From contig QHZE01000451.1 of the NCBI GenBank assembly GCA_003225335.1, positions 2,612-66,611 on the forward strand: a DNA stretch of 64,000 nucleotides, given 5' to 3'. The DNA comes from Acidobacteriota bacterium (GTDB lineage Bacteria; Acidobacteriota; UBA6911). The notes beneath the pieces were generated by a model, which searched no databases, was not told the DNA's origin, and saw only the letters and a list, made by a program, of their open reading frames with translations. The position numbers were made by a program, and so were the translations under genes. Positions 10,801-20,563 of this stretch are shown piece by piece (within the stretch, counting starts at the first letter, position 1; each line of letters begins with the position of its first letter).

Positions 10801-12100
10801 TGTTCTGCGCCTCGATCGGTCCCAACGGGGGCGGCGGTGTCTGCTCGCCCAGGATCAGCGCAATCTCGGGGACCACCTCGGCCACCACGCCGCCGCCGGT
10901 GCTGCCGAGAGCTTCTGAGAGCCGGGCGCGCCAGAGGCTTAGCCGTTGCTCGCTTTCGGTGAGTAACTGCTGAACGAGTGCCCGCAACGCTTGAATCAAG
11001 GCGCCCAAAGGGATGTTGCGCACGACCTGGTCGAACTTCCCGGAAATGAAGTAGCCTTTTTGACGAACGATAGGCTTGTAAAGCTCCTGAATGAGAGACG
11101 TTTTTCCTATCCCGCTGTAACCGGCCACAAGCATCATGGCGGTGGATCCCTCGCAAACGCCTTCGAAGGCCTGAAGCAATTGGGATAACTCCGTCTCTCG
11201 TCCGTACAGTTTCTGGGGAATCAGGAAGCGGTCGGAAACGTCGCGCCGCCCGAGAGTAAACGCGGCGATGGAAGCGCGAGAATTCCACTCCTGCTCGCAG
11301 TGCTGGAGGTCTTCGTTGAGTCCGAGCGCGCTCTGGTAGCGCTCCTCGGCAGTTTTGGCGAGCAGTTTCATGACAATCTGAGAAAGGGGTTCGGGGATCG
11401 TCGCGTCAAGATGGCTGGGGGAGGGAGGCGTCTTGGCGATGTGACCGTGAATGATCTCCAGGGTGTCGCCCGACGTGAAGGGAGGCGCTCCGGTCAGGAA
11501 CTCGTACAGGATGACGCCGAGGGAGTAGAAATCAGTGCGATAGTCAATCGCGCGGTTCATGCGGCCGGTCTGTTCCGGCGAAATATACGGCAGCATGCCC
11601 CTCATGAGATGGACAGGCATCAGTGCCTGGAAATCGGCGGAGGACCTGGCCGCCAGACCCAGATCGGCGAGAGTCACCTCCCCCGTGGCAGGGAATACGA
11701 GAATGCCCTTGGGGTTGAGGCCTCTGTGTGCGACCTTGCGCCGATGCAATTCGGCCAGGATAGTGCAAAGCTGAACGGCAATTCTGAAAAAGAAGGCGAG
11801 ACTCGGTCGCCGGCTGCCGCGCAAGGAGTGGAGCGGCGCCCCGCCGCGATCTTCGAGCACAAGACAGCAGCGCCCATTCATCCGAAACATCTCGTACGGA
11901 CGCAGGACACCCGCAACGGAGAGGTCCTTCAGGATCTGGAACTCCCTCTCGAGCAACTCGATGTCGGTGTGGTTTGGCGGTTGCCGGTGCGGGACCTTCA
12001 GGAGGACCGGCCTTTTGTCCTTCAGGCTCCGGCCGCGCTGGAGAGCGTGCCAGTCATTACGCGTGAGCTCCTCGATGAGCTCGTAACCAGGAATCGTCAA
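7823..12100 (-). CDS. N-terminal part of the same regulator: Ser/Thr protein kinase domain, STAND/AAA NTPase (P-loop GYSGIGKTS), TPR-like helical region and the start of GAF. Probable TTG start at 12100; the ORF track start is 12166.
   Basis: Kinase motifs: [10 protein letters not shown] (catalytic loop), DLGLA (DFG-like) and PYISPEQ (APE-like). AAGGAGG sits 6 nt upstream of TTG at 12100. The frame terminates at 7823-7825, in a different frame from the downstream sigma-54 ORF. Confidence 0.8.
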   Translation of the reverse strand: MTIPGYELIEELTRNDWHALQRGRSLKDKRPVLLKVPHRQPPNHTDIELLEREFQILKDLSVAGVLRPYEMFRMNGRCCLVLEDRGGAPLHSLRGSRRPSLAFFFRIAVQLCTILAELHRRKVAHRGLNPKGILVFPATGEVTLADLGLAARSSADFQALMPVHLMRGMLPYISPEQTGRMNRAIDYRTDFYSLGVILYEFLTGAPPFTSGDTLEIIHGHIAKTPPSPSHLDATIPEPLSQIVMKLLAKTAEERYQSALGLNEDLQHCEQEWNSRASIAAFTLGRRDVSDRFLIPQKLYGRETELSQLLQAFEGVCEGSTAMMLVAGYSGIGKTSLIQELYKPIVRQKGYFISGKFDQVVRNIPLGALIQALRALVQQLLTESEQRLSLWRARLSEALGSTGGGVVAEVVPEIALILGEQTPPPPLGPIEAQNRFQLVFQNLLTALARRDHPLVIFLDDLQWADAATLGLLRPLLTSSDIGHLFLMGAYRDNEVDASHPLTRTLSALESAGAPIQRLFLNALGLRDLTLLIGDTLHRKLEEAEPLARLVLQKTDGNPFFVQQFLKALRQEGLLEFDYDRGFWIFQMDAIVGAAMTDNVIDLMTRKIQRLSPKTQRALTLASCIGNPFDLSTLAIVSQQSRDAAANDLQQVFDEQLLLPAAPSYDASPEQSEDVAHPIPAYSFLHDRVQQAAYALIPDGEKQLIHGTVGRLLLERSDPAVLDEKLFDIVHHLNRGAGLITDDAERLQLARLNLNAGRKAKFSTAYEAALTYLKAGRDLLTEDSWNSDYQLMFDLQIEAAECAYLCGHFNEAQRCFDHILQRARTRLDKAQVCNLKVVQYENMSRYALAVQAGKEGLELFGVTFPDSEAGKESALEAELNGIRSILGNRTIDSLVDLPVMADPEIRLVMGILTALWAPAYILGDQALTRLISATMVRLSLTHGNIEESAYGYVTHAITVGPVRGDYESAYRFGRLALSVNERLNDRKRRAKVHQQFNAHVNLWRRPMRTCIPHAREACRSGLETGDFTYANYGAFTETWPAFLTSRDLALFVRDYSPNLQLIKKLKMDSFVDAQKVILNWARALQGLTSSALQLTAEDFDEDAYVRAYSNNPFFMTFLYVVKLHLSVLFEEYEKAYENARNARQVIHSLGGTIWPVLLDFLYGVTLAARCSHAGHAERRDSEQELQRLAKSLAFLAENCPENFRCYSLLLGAELERVCGHEVAAMDTYQEALRYARETQNLPNEAIANELYARYWLQQSNEEIAALYLRRARRLYQEWGAAAKVKALEEKYPNLLARDLLDSELTAFPAGSGCDRDEDESGRRGAPASADRAATQGRPYGGTSPGEPSVAGIERDPQPSPLDISTVSKAAHVIAVEIVLEDLLRKLMKIALEKAGAQRGFFLGSFFSGRRPLRSQNRREHRSGQCPG
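7890..7895 (-). other. A6/T6 homopolymer: most probable site of the single-base frameshift splitting the kinase-sigma54 regulator gene
   Basis: The frameshift must lie between the frame-A stop (about 7938) and the frame-B stop (7823). This is the only homopolymer of 6 or more in that interval. A 1-nt change here fuses ..[10 protein letters not shown] to [12 protein letters not shown].. Confidence 0.55.
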
Positions 12101-12236
12101 GAAAATCCTCCTTGGACGTCGCCTGCCGGATAGAAACCCTAAATGTGTGAGCGGAGTATGCCACAAGAGGAGTCCCTTGCAAAGAAGAGACGGTTTGACC
12201 GGGAGGAACCCTGGAGACTACATTGACAGAGAAAAA

Positions 12237-12340
12237 CTTGCCACGAATTTCACGAATTAAACGAATTTAATCCGCAAACCCGAAATCGGGGGTCCGGCGC
12301 TGGCCTGTTTTTTTCGTGTAATTCGTTCGTGTTTTCCTTA
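12237..12340. repeat. family D element (GCCACGAATTTCACGAATTA ... TTCGTGTAATTCGTTCGTG)
   Basis: Inverted arms. Other copies at 14440-14475, 22952-22985, 24741-24785, 45296-45374 and 58297-58365. Confidence 0.75.
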
Positions 12341-12568
12341 CAAGATTTTGCGTGTCTTCTTTGGAGTGCGCAAGCTTGCTTGCGCTTTAAGGGCGATGGA
12401 ACATTTCCATCCGCACCAAAGCGGCAGCAAGCTGCCGCACTCCAAAGAGCGCAGTGGCGTGTGATTTTACTTTTGGCTGCGGCTATGCTGTCCTATGTAA
12501 TTCGTGGCCGTTTTTTTCAGCTCTTCCAACGGTTTTGAACGCGTGGGAAGGCGAATTGCCGCAGGTTT

Positions 12569-13222
12569 TCATCGTGGAAGCGCCGGTAAGGAAGTCGCTC
12601 GGGGTTCTGAATCATTCTCTTCGACCCGGTGTGCCGTCACGACAAAACGCTTTGGAGCATCCCCGATGAAGTAGAACGGGTAACAGGTGACAAGCGTGAT
12701 TTCCGGCTTTGGAGAAGGCGCCAGAACCCTGATGTCTGTGGGCTCGACAATCTGAATCTTGTCCACGCGATACTGGTAGGTTCCCTTGAGCGTGGTCACC
12801 CGGATAAGGTCGTTTCGGGATATTCCTTTCAGTGGCCGGAACATACCGTCCCGATGCCCGGCAATCGCAAAATTCCCCTGCTGCCAGGGGAGGGCCGTTC
12901 CTTCTATGTGTCCTGCCGCCCGGTTGAGCGTCCATTCATTGGTTCCTCGCAGGACCATTACGGAGAGATCAATTGCAGGGATTTCCAGCCGGCCTATAAC
13001 TGAAGGGATTTCTAGAATGTCCTTCGCGGGACTGTTCTCGCCGTTGAGAGTTCCCCGGAAAGTCCACCTGTCATAGATCTGGAACACCTTCGAATGGGCA
13101 AGCATGACACCATAAGCGGCTAGAGCCGCCAGGCCTATCACCATGCAAAGACGTTCCGCTGTCCGCAGAATTGCGTGGAAAGTTTCCTTCGGCCAGGTCT
13201 TAAGATGAATTCGGATCTTCAT
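12569..13222 (-). CDS. sortase-family transpeptidase
   Basis: N-terminal TM helix. Catalytic His in AIAGHRDG, Cys in ITLVTCYPF, Arg in KRFVVTAHR. Confidence 0.8.
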   Translation of the reverse strand: MKIRIHLKTWPKETFHAILRTAERLCMVIGLAALAAYGVMLAHSKVFQIYDRWTFRGTLNGENSPAKDILEIPSVIGRLEIPAIDLSVMVLRGTNEWTLNRAAGHIEGTALPWQQGNFAIAGHRDGMFRPLKGISRNDLIRVTTLKGTYQYRVDKIQIVEPTDIRVLAPSPKPEITLVTCYPFYFIGDAPKRFVVTAHRVEENDSEPRATSLPALPR

Positions 13223-13393
13223 AGTCGTTGCGCATCAGCCGTACGACGTTGCTCCCTATGTGGCCAAAAAGTCTCTGGGCTTGGCGGCCACCAAGTAGGT
13301 CCAGGTCGTCTCCAGCACAGCTCGGTGTGGTCACAGCTTGCGACGAAGGAGCAGGGCCAGGGCCGGCTTTCCGCTCCCTCGCGCATGAAGCTT

Positions 13394-14155
13394 TTAGGAG
13401 GACCAATTCCTCAGTGTGCGGAAACTGTAAGCCGCTCCCAACGCCAGGAGACCGACGAGCCCCAAGAGTGGATAGGGGCTGCCTGTTTTAGGCAGTGATG
13501 CAGACTCTTGAGTCGTCGCAGACTCTTGAACCGTTGCCGGCGGTTGTGCGGTGTCCAGCGTGCTCTGAACCGGATCCGTGCTCGGCTGGATAGCAGCGCT
13601 TTCAGGCTCAGGGGACTCGACGGGATCCTTTTCTGGGGCGGAGGGCTCGTTGACCGGCTGAACGGAAGCCGTTTCGGCCGCGGTGCTGGGGACTTCCTTC
13701 ATCTTCGTATCGGAAATGCTGGGCGCCTCCTCCTTGACCTGGGCGGCAATCTGGGCGGTTTCGCTCTTTGAGTAGACGAACTCTTGGCCGAAAGTGTCCC
13801 CCGGATAGAACCACGCCTTTAATGCCCGCGGGGAGCCCTTGGGTGTTTCCCAGAGCGCGAATTGATTGTCCCCCGCGGGTTTGAGTCGACGGTTGGGTAA
13901 AGCCAGGATCGTTGCATGAATCTGCGTTTCGTCTTCGTTCAAGACCTGCACGATGTTCCGGTCGGATACAGAATCAACCAGTTTGAAAACATACTTCCCT
14001 GGGGGCAAGGTAGCCCCGGGAACGCGCAGGGGTTGATTCGTCGTCACAACGGTCTTCTTGTTCCTCGTGTCTGCTGAAGCATAGTGTGCGTTAACGATGA
14101 TACCTGCAATGAGTATGATGCAGGCTACGATCGTGAGAACTTTCTGTCGGTTCAT
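13394..14155 (-). CDS. LPXTG-anchored secreted protein; candidate substrate of the adjacent sortase
   Basis: Start ATG 14155 behind RBS GGAGG; the ORF track start at 14257 is an artifact. Signal/TM segment MNRQKVLTIVACIILIAGIIVNA. A Pro/Ser/Thr/Glu-rich linker. C-terminal sorting signal SLPKTGSPYPLLGLVGLLALGAAYSFRTLRN. Confidence 0.75.
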   Translation of the reverse strand: MNRQKVLTIVACIILIAGIIVNAHYASADTRNKKTVVTTNQPLRVPGATLPPGKYVFKLVDSVSDRNIVQVLNEDETQIHATILALPNRRLKPAGDNQFALWETPKGSPRALKAWFYPGDTFGQEFVYSKSETAQIAAQVKEEAPSISDTKMKEVPSTAAETASVQPVNEPSAPEKDPVESPEPESAAIQPSTDPVQSTLDTAQPPATVQESATTQESASLPKTGSPYPLLGLVGLLALGAAYSFRTLRNWSS

Positions 14156-14252
14156 CTGATACCTCCGTTTTCCAATGGGAGCCGATGCGTTGTGGGAGGA
14201 TTGTCTACAGCGGCCTTGAATTACAAATGTTTTGACAATCTGTAGTATCCGT

Positions 14253-14268
14253 TGCAACAGCCGTGCCA
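14253..14268 (-). promoter_or_regulatory. sigma-54 (RpoN) -24/-12 promoter, TGGCACG-N4-TTGCA, reading toward the LPXTG-protein/sortase operon
   Basis: The minus-strand sequence TGGCACGGCTGTTGCA matches the consensus TGGCACG-N4-TTGCW perfectly. The GG-to-GC spacing is canonical. The predicted TSS lies about 85-90 nt upstream of ATG 14155. Confidence 0.7.
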
Positions 14269-14382
14269 GTCTGGGGTTCGTGCCGGTATCTTACACAGGC
14301 TCAAGAGAAGGACACACGAAGCCGGACGAGCCGGGGTACCGCGAGAGTGGGAATCCAGGGAAAATTTCCGCACTGACAAAGG

Positions 14383-14434
14383 TCATGAAGAGTGGGTTGT
14401 TGCTGTAAGCCCTGACATAGGGATCCTCGTCCTA
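14383..14434 (-). pseudogene. about 50 bp relic fragment homologous to an internal segment of the regulator gene (8761-8812)
   Basis: GGTCATGAAGAgtGGGTTGTTGCTGTAAGCCCtGACATAGGgATCCTCGTC matches 8761-8812 at about 90% identity. The translation [18 protein letters not shown] compares with [18 protein letters not shown]. Confidence 0.5.
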
Positions 14435-14439
14435 GCCTA

Positions 14440-14475
14440 TTTTTTTGTAATTCGTGAAATTCGTGGCCTTTTTTT
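14440..14475. repeat. family D element
   Basis: TTGTAATTCGTGAAATTCGTGGCC. Confidence 0.65.
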
Positions 14476-14512
14476 CAGTTGGTGCAAATCCGTGGCGGCA
14501 GGGAATGAATTC

Positions 14513-17461
14513 TCAAAAGCTGTAGCGGAGGGCGACTTCTATTTCCCGGGCTCTCCGGGCGCCGAAGATCTTGCCGAAGAGGGAAGTCCCGAAGACGGCA
14601 TACGGTTGTTCGAAGTTGACCTGATTGAAGGCATTAAAGAGCTCGAGTCGAAACTCAAACAAATGCCCATTCGAAAGCCGGGCCTGGCGGATGACACTCA
14701 CATCCCAGTTATGATACCTGGGCCCGGCGAGTATGTTTCTTCCCGAATTCCCGAAGGCGTAGGCCTGGGGCGCAGCGAAATCTGAGACCGCAAACCATTG
14801 GTTCACGCTGCGCTTGGACGGATCCAACGTGCCGGGACCGAGCCGGTCCGGCCGGTCGCTGGCGACGCCGTCGTTTCCGGGATCGCCTGGGAGCAGCACA
14901 TTGTAGGGAGCGCCCGTCTGGACGCGCGTAATGCCCGAGAGGCGCCAACCTCCTGCGATTTTCTGCACCCACCCTGGCGAGTCGCGACTGAACTTGCCGT
15001 CTTTCCCAAACGGCAGGTCGAAGATGTAACTGAGGAACAGTTCTCTTGCCGGGATGGAATCTGCCGGACCGCGCTCGGCGCGGAGATTCCGCGGGTTCGA
15101 GGGAAAGCTGCGGTAAAGATCATTCAATGTCCGGTTCCAGGCGAACTCCGACTTCAATGCCAGACCTTCCACCAGTCGCCGCTCGGCAGACAGACGCAAG
15201 GCGTGGGCGGTGTACGAACCGCTGGCCGTCAGGATTGCGAAACGCCCGAAGTTCGGATTGGGGCGGCGAGGCTGAATGTCTCCGGGACCCGGGAGCGGAA
15301 CATTAGCCGCGAGGGTCTGCGCAATGTGAGTCCCCTTGCTCCCCTGGTAAGAAGCCGAAAAATTCCAATGCTGGAATGACTCGTTCTGCGCGATGAGATG
15401 CCAGCTCTGTATGTAAGGAGTCCGAAGGTGGGGATCAATCCCGCGCACACCCAGTTCGGCGGCCACATTCGATTCAAAGGGAGTGGCCAAATTGAGCCCC
15501 GCTCTGTCTACGGAAGACTGCGCGGTCTCGACAAAGTAGAAAGGGAAATTGCGTGCCAGATTATTCACGAAGAATCCCGCACCCACGGGAGAATAAAACG
15601 TCGAGTACGAGCTTCGGAGCACCAGGCGGTTGCGGCCGAAGGGGCTATAGGCGAAACCCAGGCTCGGTCCCCAATCGTTGCGGTCAGGGAAGACCAGTCC
15701 GCCCTTCCCTGCGCCATTCAGTCCCAACTGGTGGGCCCGCTCGCTTCCCGCGATAACGATTTCCCCGTCCAGGGGCGGTTCAAACAGAAGGGGAAAGAAG
15801 CCCGAAACGTTGTTGCCCACAGACCTGTAAGGGGAGGCGTAGTTGTAGCTGAGCCCCGTGTTGAGGCTGAGGTTCGGACTGATCTTCCACTCGTCGCTGA
15901 CAAACAGATACCATGACTTCCGCCTCAGGTCGGCGCGGTCCGACCCCACTCCCCTCGAAGCCGTATCCGGAAAACCGAAAAGAAAGTCGGCAAACGCATC
16001 GCCGCTGTAGTAGCCGTCGAATGCGAATCTCCCCTTGCGCAGGCCGTCCGAACGGTTGTTGTTGGTCTGATGCGCCGCGAACCCTCCGCCGATGCGGATC
16101 GAGTGGTCTTCTGGAGCATAGGTCAGCGCGGCATCCCAGGACATCCTGTTGTTCACGCCGGTAATAGGAAAGACCGCATCTCCGAAGGAGGCGTAACCGG
16201 AAAACCGGAAATCCGGGTAGCCTTCGTCCTGCGGGTCTGCCACCGACAAACCGGATATTCCCAGGGAGCCGAGGAGGTCCGCCTTTCCTGCATTTACAGA
16301 ACGAAGGACATCTTCATTGCGGCTGAAATCGAGTCGCAACGAGCCTAGAAGCCGGTTGGTCAGCTTGCGCGTAAACGAGACCGAGGCCGCTTGATCCCGT
16401 CCTTTCCGGATGGATCCAAAGGCCGGCAGGAAGTTAGCCGAGGAGTCGTCGGCATCGGAAAGCTCGTAGCGGACAAAAATCTTGGACGCGTCGCTGAGTT
16501 GGGAATCGAACCTCAAGGAGAAGGAGTCTCGATTGCGAACGACAGGTTTGTTGTTCACGTAGTTCCGATCCGGGTCCGGCTGGTTAGGATCCGGTATGAG
16601 GGGGAGAAGACGCTTTGCCACCGGATGGATTCTGGATTCCGGAATCCGGTTGGCTTCCAGAGGCAGACCGCTGACCGGGTCCCGCAGTTGTGTTGCCAGA
16701 GCGCTAAAGTCGCCGCGCTTCATGGCAGGGTCCGGCACATGCGACACAAGCGTGGATCCCTGGATGATTCGGAGGCCCTCGTAGGTGCCCAGCAGGTTCA
16801 ACTTGCTGCTTAGCAGCGCGCCGAAGGTGACGCCGAACTGGTTTCTCTTGTACTCGGGCAGAGGCTCCCCGACCGGGTCGAAGAAGTTGCGCGCATCGAA
16901 GTTGTCGTTGCGGAGGAACTCGTAGAGAGAGCCGTGGAAGCGGCCGATTCTCTTGGCCGAAAAGGGATTGACGATCTCCGCAATGGAGCGAGGTCCGGGA
17001 ACGTTCGTCCGGGCAGGCTCGGTTTCCTGAACCCTGTAATCTCGAATTGTCGCCAGCGATGGATCTGCCTCGATCGGCGGATCGGGGGCGCCGGTTTCTT
17101 CCCGGGGCGCGGTAAGCTCCATCGCCCGGACGCCCTTCTCGGTCACCTGGATCCGCAAGTGACGCCGCTCTTTGCTGTCGAGCGACAGGAAGACGAGGAA
17201 CGTGGTCCTGTTCTCTTGCTCGGCGTAAACGACATAGTGACCCTTGGGAAGCTCTGCCGTGAAGTTTCCCTTTTGGTTTGTGGCTACAGGGATCCTGTTG
17301 TTGGTTTGCCGGTCCACGATGAAAACTATCAGCGACGCGACCGGCTTGCCTTGGGCGTCCTGAGCGTTGCCGCTCAAGGTGGCTGCTTCGCAAACGAGCG
17401 GGACCCCGGGAAACAAGGAGAATAGAAGCAGGCCGCGCAATGCGGTCGTGCAGCCATTCAT
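14513..17461 (-). CDS. TonB-dependent outer-membrane receptor with N-terminal carboxypeptidase-regulatory-like domain
   Basis: 982 aa with signal peptide and a beta-strand-rich sequence. The C-terminal outer-membrane signature ends in ..ALRYSF. Confidence 0.8.
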   Translation of the reverse strand: MNGCTTALRGLLLFSLFPGVPLVCEAATLSGNAQDAQGKPVASLIVFIVDRQTNNRIPVATNQKGNFTAELPKGHYVVYAEQENRTTFLVFLSLDSKERRHLRIQVTEKGVRAMELTAPREETGAPDPPIEADPSLATIRDYRVQETEPARTNVPGPRSIAEIVNPFSAKRIGRFHGSLYEFLRNDNFDARNFFDPVGEPLPEYKRNQFGVTFGALLSSKLNLLGTYEGLRIIQGSTLVSHVPDPAMKRGDFSALATQLRDPVSGLPLEANRIPESRIHPVAKRLLPLIPDPNQPDPDRNYVNNKPVVRNRDSFSLRFDSQLSDASKIFVRYELSDADDSSANFLPAFGSIRKGRDQAASVSFTRKLTNRLLGSLRLDFSRNEDVLRSVNAGKADLLGSLGISGLSVADPQDEGYPDFRFSGYASFGDAVFPITGVNNRMSWDAALTYAPEDHSIRIGGGFAAHQTNNNRSDGLRKGRFAFDGYYSGDAFADFLFGFPDTASRGVGSDRADLRRKSWYLFVSDEWKISPNLSLNTGLSYNYASPYRSVGNNVSGFFPLLFEPPLDGEIVIAGSERAHQLGLNGAGKGGLVFPDRNDWGPSLGFAYSPFGRNRLVLRSSYSTFYSPVGAGFFVNNLARNFPFYFVETAQSSVDRAGLNLATPFESNVAAELGVRGIDPHLRTPYIQSWHLIAQNESFQHWNFSASYQGSKGTHIAQTLAANVPLPGPGDIQPRRPNPNFGRFAILTASGSYTAHALRLSAERRLVEGLALKSEFAWNRTLNDLYRSFPSNPRNLRAERGPADSIPARELFLSYIFDLPFGKDGKFSRDSPGWVQKIAGGWRLSGITRVQTGAPYNVLLPGDPGNDGVASDRPDRLGPGTLDPSKRSVNQWFAVSDFAAPQAYAFGNSGRNILAGPRYHNWDVSVIRQARLSNGHLFEFRLELFNAFNQVNFEQPYAVFGTSLFGKIFGARRAREIEVALRYSF

Positions 17462-18195
17462 AATAGCGGCTCGCCCTTGACCACCATCCTGGTGACGAAG
17501 AAGTTGGCTCTCAGATCTTGTTCAAACGAAGGGACGTCGAGCTCGAAGCTGACGACCTGATCTTCCGGGATAACTACAGGAACGCCCTGGATCCTGCGTG
17601 GAAAAACAAACTTCGCGCCTACGACATCATCCTGCGGGGCGAAATATGCGGAGAGCTTGACCTGGTGGAATCGAGGCGTGGAGATGAAGGCCCTGGCTTT
17701 CATCGTCTCCGTAGTCTGGCCCTGGAGGAACTGCGTTATTTGAAGCTCGAGACTGGGGTCATTGGATCGAAAGCTCACGGCGACGACGATCCAGTTGCTT
17801 ACATCCATCTTGAGACCGGGGTTCAGGGCGGCATCGAATTTTCGTTTGGCGGCTCTGTCCATCTGGTCGTAGCCCGCCTTAATCTGCTTGACTCGCGCGT
17901 AGGCCTGCCGGACCGGTCGCGCCGAGAGGAAGCGCACAAAGAACGTGCTGTAGATTTCCTTTTCTCCGAGAATACCGCTGCCGATCCCCCCTATTACACG
18001 GGTGAAAGTCTCTTGCCTGGCCCACGGAGATTGATTCAGAACTTCGACGGCTTCTTCCAGCGTCCACGTCGTGTAAGGCTTTCCCAAAATGCCGGCGTCT
18101 GCCGCGAAGGCCGGGAGCGCCAGAAGCAAAATCCAGTAAAAGTATCTCCGTCGATCTCTCATGGAAGCACGTTTCTGATCCGCAGACTTGATCAT
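17458..18195 (-). CDS. secreted hypothetical protein, translationally coupled (ATGA overlap) to the downstream TonB-dependent receptor
   Basis: Signal peptide ..YFYWILLLALPAFAADAG. Stop and start overlap as ATGA at 17458-17461. Confidence 0.5.
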   Translation of the reverse strand: MIKSADQKRASMRDRRRYFYWILLLALPAFAADAGILGKPYTTWTLEEAVEVLNQSPWARQETFTRVIGGIGSGILGEKEIYSTFFVRFLSARPVRQAYARVKQIKAGYDQMDRAAKRKFDAALNPGLKMDVSNWIVVAVSFRSNDPSLELQITQFLQGQTTETMKARAFISTPRFHQVKLSAYFAPQDDVVGAKFVFPRRIQGVPVVIPEDQVVSFELDVPSFEQDLRANFFVTRMVVKGEPLL

Positions 18196-18246
18196 AGATT
18201 CTGTCGCTTGGGCTGATCAAGTGCAGAGTCTGTGGCCCACACCCAA

Positions 18247-18356
18247 ATTCTTTGCTCTCCGGCGCCAAATTCTTTGCGACTCTTTGCGTCTTCGCGTCTC
18301 TGTGGTGAAGCAGGTTACGCCGCATTCACCGCCAAGACGCAAAGACGCGAAGAATC
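18247..18356. repeat. family A palindromic element, full copy
   Basis: TTCTTTGCGACTCTTTGCGTCTTCGCGTCTCTGTGGTGAAG ... TTCACCGCCAAGACGCAAAGACGCGAAGAATC. Confidence 0.8.
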
Positions 18357-18414
18357 ATCAGGAAGATTTTTGGGTTGCGGCTATCCCGCGCCAGGTTTAA
18401 AGGTATGGATTGAC

Positions 18415-20358
18415 ATGAAAGACGAGATCATCTGGCGTCCCCATGGAGACTACGTCACGAAGTCGAATCTGCGCCGTTTCATGGACCGGTGCGGGGCCGG
18501 GGACTACCAGGAGCTTCTGGCGCGCTCCGTCCGCGACAGCGAATGGTTCTGGGACGCCTCCATGAAAGATCTGGGTGTGGAGTGGTACGAGCCCTACACG
18601 CGGGTCCTGGACAGCTCGCGCGGGTTTCCCTGGTGCCGCTGGTTTGAGTCCGGAAAAATCAACCTGGTGCACAACTGCCTCGACAGGCACAGCAGTTCCC
18701 GCCGGGACCAGCTTGCTCTTATCTGGGAAGGCGACGGCGGCGAAACCCGCGAGATGACCTACGGGGAGCTTGACGCCGCGGTTTGCCGAATGGCGAACGC
18801 TATGCGGGACCGGGGTGTCGGAACAGGCGACAGCGTGGGAATTTACATGCCCATGCTGCCGGAGACTGTCGTTGCGCTTCTTGCAGTTTGGAAGATCGGC
18901 AGCATCGCCGTGCCGATCTTTTCAGGTTTCGGCCCGGACGCTGTTGCGGTCCGGCTGCGAGATGCCGGAGCGAAATTGCTCTTTACGGCAGACGCCTCGG
19001 TCCGCAGGGGAAAGCCGCTGCAGCTCAAAGAGCTGGCGGATCAGGCGCTGCGATCGGCGCCGTCGGTGAAAACCTGTGTCGTGTTCCGGCGAACGGGTGC
19101 GAGCGTGAGCTGGCAAGCCGGCAGGGACGCCTGGTGGGATGAGCTTGTGGAAAGCTATCCCTCGCGAGCACCGACCGAGCGCCTCAATTCAGAGGACCTG
19201 TGTCTGAATATTTACACATCCGGAACAACCGGCCGTCCGAAAGGAACGCTGCACACACATGGAGGAGTAATCGCTCAAGTGCCGCGAGAGCTGGCTTACT
19301 TCATGGATGTCCAGGAGCGAGATCGCTTTTTCTGGCTGACCGATCTCGGTTGGATGATGGGTCCCTGGGAAATCATCGGAGTAACTTTCCTGGGCGCAAC
19401 CGTCTTCTTATTTGAAGGAGCGCCCAATTGGCCCAACCCCGATCGCCTCTGGCAAATCGTGGAGCGGCACCGGCTGACGCATCTTGGGATCTCACCCACA
19501 GCCATCCGGCTCCTCTTGCGGGCGGGCGAGCAGTGGGTAGACCGCCACGATCTCTCCAGTCTGCGCATCCTCGGCTCGACCGGAGAGCCTTGGGACCCCG
19601 AGTCCTATCTCTGGTACTTTCGCAAGGCGGGCGGCGAGCGTTGTCCTGTAATCAATATCTCCGGAGGCTCCGAGCTGATGGGTTGCCTGGTCGCCTGTAC
19701 TCCGCTCGCGCCTTTAAAGCCGTGCTCGTTTCAAGGCCCCGGTCTGGGAATGGACGTGGATGTCTGCGATGAGGACGGGAAGCCGGTGCGCGGCGCCGTG
19801 GGTTATCTCGTGTGCAAGAAGCCGGCGCCGTCGATGACGCGCGGGTTCTTGAACGATCCTCAGAGGTATCTGGAAACCTACTTTTCACGCTGGCCGGGAA
19901 CCTGGTACCACGGCGACTGGGCGCGCGTCGACGAAGACGGCTTCTGGTACATCCTGGGGCGAGCGGACGACACCATCAAGGTCGCCGGAAAACGCACGGG
20001 CCCCGCCGAGATCGAAGCCGCCCTGATCTCGCATCCTGCGGTGTCGGAAGCCGCAGCCATCGGTGTTCCCGACGAGGTCAGGGGAGAGACAGTAGTCTGC
20101 TTCGTCGTCCTGAAGCCGGGATTCGAAACGGCGGATGCGCTGACCGGGCAGCTCTCGGACAAAGTCGTGGAGTCTCTGGGCAAGACGCTTCGTCCCCGCA
20201 AAGTGTACATTGTGAGCGCGCTCCCGAAGACGCGCTCCGCGAAGATCGTGCGCGGAGCAATCAAGCGCCGTTATCTGGGACAGGACCCGGGCGATCTCTC
20301 GTCGGTGGAAAACCCGGAGGCCCTTGACGCCATCCCTTCGCTGTTTCCCACCACGTAG
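18415..20358 (+). CDS. AMP-forming acyl-CoA synthetase (acetyl-CoA synthetase family)
   Basis: The ORF track start at 18232 runs through a family-A repeat. ATG 18415 (MKDEIIWRPHGDY..) gives a 647 aa protein. AMP-binding motifs YTSGTTGRPKG and ..GYGQTE-like. ACAS_N-like N-terminus. Confidence 0.8.
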   Translation: MKDEIIWRPHGDYVTKSNLRRFMDRCGAGDYQELLARSVRDSEWFWDASMKDLGVEWYEPYTRVLDSSRGFPWCRWFESGKINLVHNCLDRHSSSRRDQLALIWEGDGGETREMTYGELDAAVCRMANAMRDRGVGTGDSVGIYMPMLPETVVALLAVWKIGSIAVPIFSGFGPDAVAVRLRDAGAKLLFTADASVRRGKPLQLKELADQALRSAPSVKTCVVFRRTGASVSWQAGRDAWWDELVESYPSRAPTERLNSEDLCLNIYTSGTTGRPKGTLHTHGGVIAQVPRELAYFMDVQERDRFFWLTDLGWMMGPWEIIGVTFLGATVFLFEGAPNWPNPDRLWQIVERHRLTHLGISPTAIRLLLRAGEQWVDRHDLSSLRILGSTGEPWDPESYLWYFRKAGGERCPVINISGGSELMGCLVACTPLAPLKPCSFQGPGLGMDVDVCDEDGKPVRGAVGYLVCKKPAPSMTRGFLNDPQRYLETYFSRWPGTWYHGDWARVDEDGFWYILGRADDTIKVAGKRTGPAEIEAALISHPAVSEAAAIGVPDEVRGETVVCFVVLKPGFETADALTGQLSDKVVESLGKTLRPRKVYIVSALPKTRSAKIVRGAIKRRYLGQDPGDLSSVENPEALDAIPSLFPTT

Positions 20359-20375
20359 ATCCCGAGTGCACATCT

Positions 20376-20473
20376 TCTTAGCGATTCTTCGCGTCTTTGC
20401 GTCTTAGCGGTAACAATGGCGTAACCGCTTTCACCACAAAGACGCGAAGACGCAAAGAACTGCAAAGAATTCT
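20376..20473. repeat. family A palindromic element, full copy
   Basis: TTCTTCGCGTCTTTGCGTCTTAGCGGTAAC..GTAACCGCTTTCACCACAAAGACGCGAAGACGCAAAGAACTGCAAAGAA. Confidence 0.8.
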
Positions 20474-20563
20474 CGCCTCAGGAGTGTTATCCGCAGCCAT
20501 GTCCGAGGCGGCCATGCGACGAGGGCGCCGGAGAATTGCCTGGCTTCAATCGTCAATCGTCAA

